Under the pieces are notes generated by a model. That model worked only from the letters and a program-made list of their open reading frames with translations. It was not told the DNA's origin and searched no databases. From Macrostomum lignano (lineage: Eukaryota): a stretch of DNA of 64,000 nt. Both the position numbers and the translations under genes were made by a program. Below, one piece after another: positions 1 through 11,118 of the stretch. How positions within the stretch are numbered: the first letter of the stretch is position 1; every line of letters begins with the position of its first letter. Where the stretch lies: positions 1 to 64,000 of the forward strand of contig NIVC01000988.1 in NCBI GenBank assembly GCA_002269645.1, in the 5' to 3' direction.

Positions 1-27
1 AGTTAAGAAGCGAGAAAAAGGTAATAA

Positions 28-230
28 TTATATGAGAGCAGTGAAGGCTAGAGATGAGAAACTTGAGAACGGAGACGAGAATGCTGGGAACAAGGAATTA
101 GAACTGTGAGATAAGCAGAAGATGAGATCTGTGAGATTAGAGATGAGAACTGCAGATAAGACAGATGAGATCTGTGAGATGGGAAACGAGAACTGAGAAC
201 TGAGATGAGAAATGTGATATCTCAATCTCA
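28..230. repeat. Degenerate GAGATGAGAACT-type tandem repeat (SETDB1 intron)
   Basis: Visible short-period repetition. Confidence 0.7.
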
Positions 231-231
231 C

Positions 232-3200
232 CATGGAGACTCAGCCGCAGCGGCGGTAGCAGCGATGGCCCCAGCATCTTCGTCATCATGCATTGAACAA
301 TGATCCTGAGCATTCTGTTGGTACAGCATCCGCTGCCAGCCTTTGCACTGTGCTGCTGCCAGACTCAGCAGCCGCCGATTGCCTCATCATCCAATCGGCT
401 TCGCTTCAGGTTGGCGATGCACCAGCGTACTACTGTTAGTAGCAGCACTAGCAGTCGTATTAAGCCGACTTTTTATTTAATAACCTGCGCTTCCTACGAG
501 AATCGCCGCAATAATCTTCATCGTTTGCGTCGTCGTTGTCAATCTCTTCTTCTTCTGTTGTTTCCGCTTCTTCTGGCTCTCCTGCTTCTGCCGTTGGTTC
601 CTCATCGGGGTCTTCATTGTCCCCATTGTCGTTAGTTAGCGAAGATTGCGATTGCGATTTTCTTAGCCAACTCTTCTGCTTCTGCTGCTGTTGATGGGGC
701 TCGATAGCTTGAGCCTCGTAGCCGAATTTCTCCTGCTCCATGACCTCCAGATGATCCAGGTCAGCTTGGTACTCATCTCCGAACTGGTCGCAGTACTGCA
801 CTGCCAGCTCTTCGCTGTACAGCTCCCCGGCGTACACGCAGACAAAAGCGCCTTTTGGCAAATCGTGCAAAGGTCTGAGGCCCCAGCCTTTCCGGCTGGT
901 TTTGAAAGATCTGCAGCCGGGAGTGAAGGCCGCGCTGTACCAGACGGTTGCGGCACTGCCACTGGCGGCAGCTGCAGCCTGAGTTGCACTCGTACACCCC
1001 GCCGATGAGGGCGCGGACGAGGCGCCCGTTCTCGTAGGCTGGACGGCTGTCTGTGCGGCCTGGGGTTGTGGAGGAATTGGGGATCTTGGAGTTTTAGGGA
1101 TTTGGGTATTTGGGGATCGTGGCATTTTAGGGATTTGGAATTTGAAGATTGGGATTTGACGATTGGGATTTGAGAATTGGGATTTGAAGATTGGGATTTG
1201 GGGACTGGGATTTGAAGATCGGGATTTGGGGATTGGGATTTGAAGTTTGGGATTTGAAGCTTGGGGATTTGGGAATTGAGATCTGGGATTGGGAATGGAA
1301 TTTGACCATTGGTATTTGGGGACTGGGATTTGAAGATTGGGATTTGGGAATTGGGATTTGAAAATTGGGACTTGAATCAGACTGGGATTGGGATTCAAGA
1401 TTGGGATTTGAAGATTGGGATTTCCGGGTTTAGACTTGGGAACCGGAATTTGGGATCGGAAATTGAGGAGAACTGTTGAACTTGAGAATATTCAAGACGA
1501 TACTATAGACCTTACCAGTAACCGTAGCTGACGCCTCAGCCGTGAGTCTCAAGCAGGCGCACTTGGTTCGGTCCCGACAGCCGTCGGTGCAGTCGCAGCA
1601 CACCAGGAAGCCTTTATCAGCCTCGTTAGTGCACACATTTAGCAGTGGCATTCTCTGCGGTGTGTAGTCAATAAACGGCGGCTCGTCAGCGTCTAAACAG
1701 TTGACAGCAGGCACGGGGATTCTCTCTTTGCCGTAGCTCAGGTCGGCCAGCTGACGGCGTGCGCCCGTGGCTTGGAATTCCGTTGCTACCCGGATTAGCG
1801 GATCGAAGCAGAAATTCAGCGGATGCAATCGTGAGCTGGTCTGGCTCAGGATTCGGTCCAGTTCGACCGGATTTCGAATGCGCCTGCCGCACGGGCTGCG
1901 TATTCGATCTGTGGTTTTCATTTAAAAGTACAGAATAAGGTACACGTGCACTTAAAATAAAAATTCACACCGAATTACCATATCTGTTACCGCATCAAAA
2001 GTACACCATTGCACTTTTTAAGTACAAGAGTACACTTGTACTTTAAAAGATCCTATTTAATACCGCATCAAAAGTGCAATAGAAAAGTGCAGCTGTGCTA
2101 TAAAAGTACATTTGCACTTGAAGAAAAAACAATAATGAAATTATAGTAAAAATACTTCGAAAAAAGTACACAACAGGGAAACTGAAAGTAAGATATAGAT
2201 AGATAGATATAGAAAGATATAGATTTGAGGACTGGGATCTAGAAATTGAAATTTGAGGATTAGGATTGGAAAACTCTGATTTAACAAATGGGATTTGGGA
2301 ATCAGGATTTGATGATCGAGAATCGAAAACTAGGATTCTAGCGCACTATGGACGAGCGTAACTGTGTATTTGCTTTACAGGATCCTATTTTTTACCGCAT
2401 GAAAAGTACGTGTGCTAAAAAAGTTAATTTGCACTTCAAGAACATGAGTAATAAAATAAAAGTACAACTGTACTATAAAAGTACATTTGCACTTAAAGAA
2501 CATGAACAATAAAATAAGCGTACAAATGTACTATAAAATTACATTTGCTCTTAAAGAACATAAACAAAAAATAAACGTACAAATGTACTATAAAATTACA
2601 TTTGCTCTTAAAGAACATGAACAATAAAATAAAAGTACAAATGTATTGCAATACTATATACTGCACTTACCAGTTCCCTTCGACGAACTCGTCCAGGCCC
2701 ACCAAGTTTCACAACAAATCGATGCCAACCCAGCAACAGCGGCACGTCCAAAGGATTCCGATCGACCAGCTCCGTGCTAGCCAGTCGATTCTGCTCGGAG
2801 CTGTCGCCACCGACGCTACCGCCGCCGCTGTTCAGACAGTTTACACCGCAGTCCACTCCGTGCTGATGCGGAAACGGTCTCAACTGACCAGCGACTCAGA
2901 GTCAATCGAGGCTACCATAACCCCGGCTCTGGCCTCCTCGTAGCAGGCGTCCTCTTCGGCTGCTGCCGCTGCCGCGGCGGCTGCGTCAGGATCGGCATTT
3001 GTCAACGTGGCCGACTGTTTCTGATGCTGCTGATGCTGATGCTTGTGTTGTCGACGAATTCCGCCCATGCTGGACTTTCGAGCAAATGCTTGGCGAATCG
3101 GCGTTGGCTGCTGCTGCTGCTGATTCTGATTTTGCTCACTAGCTGACTCTGCCGCCGCAGCTGCCGCTAACTCGGCCGCTCTTTCCCTAGCAACCATGGC

Positions 3201-6200
3201 TTTGTACAGATCCTCGAGCCGAGTGCTGCCGCGGTAGAGCCACTCCAGGCGGCCGCTGCGAGTGGGAAAGCGGACTTGGACAAGACTGGCGTCTACGCGT
3301 TCAACGACTGCCGTTAGCCACTCGCCTGCGAGGGGTGGTGTGGGAGAGACAGCTGGCTTTTGAGATATCTGCCTATCTACCGCACTATATACCTATCAAT
3401 CGCACTATATACTCGTACCTATCAATCACACTATATACCTATCAATCGCACTATATACCTATCAATCACACTATATACCTATTAATCACACTATCTAACT
3501 ATCAATCACACTATCTACCTATCAATCACACTATATACCTATCAATCACACTGTATACCTATTAATCACACTATCTACCTATCAATCACACTATCTACCT
3601 ATCAATCACACTATATACCTATCAATCACACTATATACCTATTAATCACACTATCTACCTATCAATCACACTATATACCTATCTAACACACTATCTACCT
3701 ATCAATCACACTATATACCTATCAATCACACTATATACCTATCAATCACACTATATACCTATCTATCACACTATATACCTATCTATCACACTATATACCT
3801 ATCTAACACACTATATCCCTATCAATCACACTATATACCTATCAATCACACTATATACCTATCTAACACACTATATACCTATCTAACACACTATATACCT
3901 ATCTAACACACTATATACCTATCAATCACACTATATACCTATCAATCACACTATATACCTATCTATCACACTATATACCTATCTATCACACTATATACCT
4001 ATCTAACACACTATATACCTATCAATCACACTATATACCTATCAATAACACTATATACCTATCAATCACACTATATACCTATCTAACACACTATATACCT
4101 ATCAATCACACTATATACCTATCAATCACACTATATACCTATCTAACACACTATATCCTATCAATCACACTATATACCTATCAATCACACTATATACCTA
4201 TCTAACACACTATATACCTATCAATCACACTATATACCTATCAATCACACTATATACCTATCAATCACACTATATACCTATCTATCACACTATATACCTA
4301 TCTATCACACTATATACCTATCTAACACACTATATACCTATCAATCACACTATATACCTATCAATCACACTATATACCTATCAATCACACTATATACCTA
4401 TCAATCACACTATATACCTATCAATCACACTATATACCTATCTAACACACTATATACCTATCTAACACACTATATCCCTATCAATCACACTATATACCTA
4501 TTAATCACACTATCTACCTATCAATCACACTATATACCTATCTAACACACTATATACCTATCTAACACACTATATCCCTATCAATCACACTATCTACCTG
4601 CGTTTCACATAGCAACAACTCACCCCTCAGCTCAACTCGAATAGTGAGCCCAGGCCGCAGCCTCAGCATAGTCCTATTAGGAAACCGATCCAAATAAGCT
4701 CGGACAAAATCTTGCGAATCTTCGGCCACCTCGCGCCAATTCTGCGGAGTCTGCTGCAGCACGCGCCTGACATCGCTAGGCGGCACGTACTGCGCGTAGC
4801 CGTCGTCAAAGAACAGCAGATAACGGCGAGAGTTTCTCTCGCCCGGCGGCTCGGCTACGATAGCCGAATAATAAAACACTAAGCCGCGATCGTCAGTGTA
4901 AGAGGACACAACCCGAGCCCCGACAGGGTACTGCTCTAGCCTAGTCTCGGCAGTCTCGCTCAGAGCAACTTGACTTGGCTTCAATTGTTTAGTTGTTTTA
5001 GCGAAGCTAACCCGATAGAGCACCGTGCCGCCTGTGCCAGCAGCCGGCTCCAGTACGTCCGCTATGACAGCTTGGCGCCAGAGCTCTCGGTCGAATAGTG
5101 CGAATACTGGCTGGTTCTGCTGGGCCACTCTGACAGAGGGTAGTGAGCATTGGAATGTGATGCATATTTATTTATTTATGTTTATAGATTCTAGCCTGGT
5201 TTTGCTTATTAATGAGTCTTAATCACTTCCAGCTAGTGGTCTAGCCTGTTGTTATCGTTGGTACTTCCGGTTCTCTAATTGGCGGGGGCGTAATCTCCAA
5301 CTTCCGGTCCTCTAATCAGGGTTATAATCTCCCAACTTCCGGTTCTCTAATTGTGGTTATAATCTCCAACTTCCGGTCCTCTAATCGGGTTATAATCTCC
5401 CAACTTCCGGTTCTCTAATTGTGGTTATAATCTCCCAACTTCTGGTACTCAAATCTGGGTTATAGTCCCCCAACTTCCGGTTCTCTAATTGTGGTTATAA
5501 TCTCCCAACTTCCGGTACTCAAATCTGGGTTATAGTCTCCCAACTTCCGGTTCTCTAATTGTGGTTATAATCTCCCAACTTCCGGTACTCAAATCTGGGT
5601 TATAGTCTCCCAACTTCCGGTTCTCTAATTGTGGTTATAATCTCCCAACTTCCGGTACTCAAATCTGGGTTATAGTCTCCCAACTTCCGGTTCTCTAATT
5701 GTGGTTATAATCTCCCAACTTCCGGTACTCAAATCTGGGTTATAGTCTCCCAACTTCCGGTTCTCTAATTGTGGTTATAATCTCCCAACTTCCGGTACTC
5801 AAATCTGGGTTATAGTCTCCCAACTTCCGGTTCTCTAATTGTGGTTATAATCTCCCAACTTCCGGTACTCAAATCTGGGTTATAGTCTCCCAACTTCCGG
5901 TTCTCTAATTGGGGTTATAATCTCCCAACTTTCGGTCTTTATAATTGGGGTTCCAAATCTAATCTCCAACTTCCGGTCCTCTAATAGGGGGGTTCTCATT
6001 TTTTACTTTCGGTTCAGTAATGCTTTTTACTTGCTGCTTGCTTGACAAATTTACAATAAAAATAAATTTACAAAAATTCTTCAATTTACAAAAAGTCTCA
6101 TCAGGCTCCCATAATAAACAGCACAAACCCAAATACAAATCAAAGCGGCAGTGCAAGAAGTAAGAACCCCAAGAAAATGAGATAAAGCACATCTAGTTAG

Positions 6201-9200
6201 CTATAAGTGAGCTCCATCAATGATGAATGAAGCTTCACAAACACGCTGTATCAACATGAAATGATTGTCATGAAATCATTTTGAACCACAGAATTTAGTT
6301 GCAATAGAAAAACTCCTTTTGCTACTGATCCGGGTGTCAACGCAGATAATAAAGATATGATAAATAAATGAATAAGCAGAAGAAATTTTAATTCTTGTTT
6401 TCCTATGCTTGATAAAATGGATTTTTTATAATGTCAAGGCGCATTGCTCAAATGAGTTCTCCCACACAGACCTAAACCCCAGACTAGAAGACAAACTTGC
6501 AAATTGCTCTGCTCCAAAAACCCACGGAAATTCCTTCGTATGCTTGGAAAGCTGTAGCAATGAATAGGATAAGTCACAATAGGAACGCTTGGGGGTTGGT
6601 GGGGGGGCAGGGAGCAAGGAGTCACTGCAGCTGTCTGAGTCTCTGAGGAAAAAGAGCCTTCATTTACAGTATCGATTTTCTGTCCCCACCCGCTCTACTG
6701 TACCCCACTGTTCAGAAAAATAATTGATTTTTTCCAGTCAACCACACACATACGCGCAGTTAAGCAAGGACCATTGCTTGTTGCTAACTTTAGTCTCACT
6801 ATATAACTCTTTAATTATCTACAATGTATCTGCTTTATAACTTCAGTACAGTTTTATTGTATATTTTTATTATTCTATTTTTGGTAATATGAGTAATATC
6901 AAAAATCTCTAATTCTCTGTCTCTCTAAAGGGGGCTGTGAATCTCTAATTAATCACGGGTGACTAATATCCTACTTCCGGTTCTCTAATTAATAACTGAT
7001 GCCTAATCTCTAACTTCCGGTTCTCTAATTAATAACTGATGCCTAATCTCTAACTTCCGGTTCTCTAATTAATAACTGATGCCTAATCTCTAACTTCCGG
7101 TTCTCTAATTAATAACTGATGCCTAATCTCTAACTTCCGGTTCTCTAATTAATAACTGATCCCTAATCTCTAACTTCCGGTTCTCCAATTAATAACTGGT
7201 GACTAATATCATACTTCCGGTTCTGTAATTAATAACTGATCCCTAATATCCTACTTCCGGTTCTCTAATTAATAACTGATCCCTAATCTCTAACTTCCGG
7301 TTCTCTAATTAATAACTGATCCTAATCTCTAACTTCCGGTTCTCTAATTAATAACTGATCCCTAATCTCTAACTTCCGGTTCTCCAATTAATAACTGATC
7401 CCTAATCTCTAACTTCCGGTTCTCCAATTAATAACTGGTGACTAATATCATACTTCCGGTTCTGTAATTAATAACTGATCCCTAATATCCTACTTCCGGT
7501 TCTCTAATTAATAACTGGTGACTAATCTCTAACTTCCGGTTCTTTAATTAAGATCTTATAGATAGACTATAAACATTATTATACTCACACGGCCACGCTA
7601 ACAAGCTCTTCCGGGTGCACCAATCGATATTTGCCAACATTGGCAGCTGCCTGTTGCGAACCAGGCTGCCCAGCGGCCGATGGCAGTACTAGCACAGATG
7701 CCGCCTGTTGTTGCTGAGACTGAGGAGGTGCAGTTGCAGCCTCCATTATAAGAGATTTTCTAGCCATTGCCGATGACCCGTCAGCAGCAGCGGCTGTTTG
7801 AGTATCGTTACGATTATCGCTCTCATTCGGCTCATCTGCATCCGTGTCTTGACTGCTGCAGGCCAAAGCTGAGGCTGGATAAACAACTCGACCGTACCAG
7901 CTGCGGATTAGTGCGAGTTGAGAATGATTTATATAATTTTATTATCAAAATGATACATAATTATATGCATATAAAAGTACATAGGAAAGTACATGCACAT
8001 ACTCAATGAACGAAAAATGTACACATTAACCATATGAATGTACATAATGGCCATACGAATGCACCTAAATTGTACTCGTTATGTGCATAAACGGCCATAT
8101 ATACATACACACTAATAACCATATTAATGTACATAAATGGACCTTACTAATGTACATAAATGGACCTCACTAATGTACATAAATGGACCATACTAATGTA
8201 CATAAATATAGACCATACTAATGTACATAAGTGGACCACACTAATGTACATAAATGGGCCTTACTAATGTACATAAATATAGACCATACTAATGTACATA
8301 AATGGGTCATACTAATGTACATAAATGGGCCTTACTAATGTACATAAATGGGCCATACTAATGTACATAAATGGGCCTTACTAATGTACATAAATATAGA
8401 CCATACTAATGTACATAAGTGGGCCACACTAATGTACATAAATGGGTCATAATAATGTACATAAATGGGCCTTACTAATGTACATAAATAGACCTTACTA
8501 ATGTACATAAATTGACCTTACTAATGTACATAAATGGGCCATACTAATGTACATAAATAGGCCTTACTAATGTACATAAATAGACCTTACTAATGTACAT
8601 AAATTGACCTTACTAATGTACATAAATATAGACCATACTAATGTACATAAGTGGGCCACACTAATGTACATAAATGGGTCATACTATTATTACATAGTCA
8701 TATTACTGTATAGAAATGGTCCGATTAATGTAAATAAATTTGCCATATTACTTTACGAGTACATAAACGAAAATGTACATGATAAACGAAAGCAATAAAA
8801 TCGAACTCATTCCACTCACGCTATCTGCTGATCACGCGAGCGCTTCTCCAATCGATCCAAAACTTTCTCCTGATGTCGAACAGTCTCCTCCAGCTTCTGT
8901 TTAGTCTTCTCAAGCGAGCCAATTCTGTTAACCACCTCAGACCAGTTTGCGTCGGAGCCCAGAGCATTATGAAATGCGGTCTCAATATTGACAATTTGAA
9001 ATAGGAATTTGTGCACAAGAACTTCTACTACTTTGCCGTTGATCTCGAATTCTGGCAGAACTGAAAACAGTTTATATGGAATGGCTAAATCGATTGTGGG
9101 GTCATTATGGTTCACCAATGACTCCCAGTTAGGCAATGAATAACCCCATGAAGCACCTAATGACCCTATGAAGCACCGAATGACCCCATGAAGCACCAAA

Positions 9201-10035
9201 TGACCCCATGAAGCACCGAATGACCCCATGAAGCACCGAATGACCCCATGAAGCACCGAATGACCCCATGAAGCACCGAATGACCCTATTAAGCACCGAA
9301 TGACCCCATGAAGCACCTAATGACCCCATGAAGCACCTAATGACCCCATGAAGCACCAAATGACCCCATGAAGCATCGAATGACCCATGAAGCACTGAAT
9401 GACCCCATGAACCACCTAATGACCCCATGAAGCACCTAATGACTCATGAACCACCTAATGACCCCATGGTGCACTGAATGACCCCATGGAGCACTGAATG
9501 ACCCCATGAAGCACTGAATGACACCATGAAGCACGAATGACCCCATGAATCACCGAATGACCCCATGATGCACTGAATGACCCCATGAAGCACCGAATGA
9601 CCCCAGGAAGCCCCGAATGACCATGTAAAGCCCTAAATGACAAAGCATCTAATGACCTTATGAATCAACGGGTGACTCCACGAAGCACACGTAGATTAAA
9701 CCTCAAGCAAATCGATTAGTGAAACCTTCTATGAACAAGAAATGCCTGTATCATCAGCAGTGGATTAACTAACCAGCTCTATAAACCAGGGGTTCAGTTA
9801 ATCGCAGATACTCCAGAGCAGTTCTCGCCAGCATCTGCCTGGGCACGTATTCCTCTAAAGCGGCCATATGCATATCCCATAGCCGTCTGGTGCCCAGTCG
9901 GCCAGTAACAGAATGATTAGCTCGCAGAATCTCCGCCAGACAGGAGACGAGAACGCTGACTGACAGGCGTCTAATTGCATCGATGCGCGACTCCCAGCCG
10001 GGAGGCATTGCTGGAAGCGTCTTCCAGGCGTGCAT
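232..10035 (-). CDS. SETDB1: SETDB1/eggless-like histone H3K9 methyltransferase (triple Tudor, MBD, pre-SET, N-half of bifurcated SET); 3' end lies beyond the left edge; contains frame-disrupting 1-nt indels
   Basis: Inferred exons (minus): 10035-9774, 9060-8820, 7900-7589, 5129-4624, 3325-2671, 1908-1516, 1059-232, with GT-AG junctions; phases agree once single-base indels are allowed. Motifs: YLLFFDDGYAQYV and EWLYRGSTRLE (Tudor); RNPLDVPLLLGW..SPCGRRIR (MBD); CCDCTDGCRDRTKCAC and YECNSGCSC..CRNRLVQRG (pre-SET); KGWGLR..GAFVCVYAG..GDEYQADLDH (SET). Start codon and first exon are uncertain. Confidence 0.93.
1075..1440. repeat. ~14-bp minisatellite GGGATTTGAAGATT (SETDB1 intron)
   Basis: Tandem degenerate units. 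Confidence 0.9.
1980..2650. repeat. Degenerate AT-rich ~58-bp repeats (AAAAGTACATTTGCACTTAAAGAACATG...) (SETDB1 intron)
   Basis: Clearest at 2400-2645; related copies at 1990-2130. Confidence 0.75.
3372..4597. repeat. 20-bp minisatellite ATCAATCACACTATATACCT, ~60 units (SETDB1 intron)
   Basis: Highly homogeneous tandem array. Confidence 0.98.
5260..5985. repeat. 35-bp minisatellite with alternating A/B units (70-bp dimer), core AACTTCCGGT
   Basis: AACTTCCGGTTCTCTAATTGTGGTTATAATCTCCC alternates with AACTTCCGGTACTCAAATCTGGGTTATAGTCTCCC. Confidence 0.97.
6935..7550. repeat. 40-bp minisatellite AACTTCCGGTTCTCTAATTAATAACTGATSCCTAATCTCT, ~15 units
   Basis: Tandem array sharing a 19-bp core with the 5260-5985 array. 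Confidence 0.97.
8120..8685. repeat. 23-bp minisatellite TACTAATGTACATAAATGGGCCA (SETDB1 intron)
   Basis: Tandem array with degenerate flanks. Confidence 0.95.
9135..9665. repeat. 20-bp minisatellite AATGACCCCATGAAGCACCG (SETDB1 intron)
   Basis: Tandem array. Confidence 0.96.
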
Positions 10036-10104
10036 TTGGCTGCTGAAATGCGTGGAATGTGCATGCATTGTGGACATGGACAAATGAGGTGGCTTTCCGT
10101 GTGT

Positions 10105-10385
10105 AGAAATCTAGACTCTAGCCTGTGTACATTTGGGGTAGAAATCTAGCCTATGTACATTCGTGGGGGTAGAATTCTAGCCTATGTACATTGGGGGGGT
10201 AGAAGTCTAGCCTATGTACATTGGTGGGGGAAGAAAGCTAGACTAAGTACATTGAAGGGGAATATGTACATTAGGGGGTAGAAATCTAGCCTATGTACAT
10301 TTGGGGGTAGAAATCTAGCCTATGTACATTTGGGGGTAGAAATCTAGCCTATGTACATTTGGGGGATAGAATTCAAACTTATGTA
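10105..10385. repeat. ~29-bp minisatellite GTAGAAATCTAGCCTATGTACATTTGGGG
   Basis: About 9 degenerate units. Confidence 0.9.
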
Positions 10386-11118
10386 CAGTTAAGGGGTGGT
10401 AAACAAAAGCCTAGACAGCCAGATAAAGTACATTAGAAATCGAACGTAGTTACTGCAGAGGTTATAAATAATAATAATTGCAGGAGGGCCTTCGGCGACA
10501 TCGTCCGACAAACCAGCCCTGAGGAAATTCTGCCCATCCCACTTGCCTTCGGAGTTGGCTCTCATGGGTGTGAATCGCATAAACCTCTCGCTTCTTGGGC
10601 CAATTCTCGTGCACAAAAGTCCCCAAAATGAACGTGGTACACAATCAAAGAACGAAAAATTCGATAAAAATGATAAAAAGCCTGTGTATTTAAACCGACG
10701 CGGTGACCTATAGCAAGAATTTATAAATTATAACTATACATTAAAAAAACTAATAAAATTATATAAGAGTTGAGCTGTACACGTAGATATAGAAACTTGT
10801 CTTAACAGTAGACAGAGCTCGTAGATAAACAGAAAGTTTTGCGACCTTACAAAAACATTCCCCTATAATTTCCGATTGTGCGATAGAATGGTGTCTTTTT
10901 CTCAAAATTCGAGTATATCACAGATTATAATAACACAAAAAGAAGTTAACAAGAAAAGTGACCTATAAAAACGATTTTTACAAGATCCAATCGGTAATAA
11001 ACAAAGTTTACTAATCTAATGAATCTACATAGAAACAGAATTGATAAACATTTTGTTTAAGGAAAATAGTTAAAGTTTACGTATAAAAAATAAGTTGTCA
11101 ATAATGAGATATCATAAA

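Noticed and set aside
2880-2920. 32-38-nt micro-intron explaining the SETDB1 Tudor-to-MBD frame change
   Set aside because: The donors (GTAGCC, GTTATG) are weak, and a single missing T in a homopolymer explains it, like the other nearby indels.
6218-6330. C/D-box snoRNA (ATGATGA...CTGA)
   Set aside because: It is antisense to the host pre-mRNA, and there is no terminal stem or recognisable rRNA guide.
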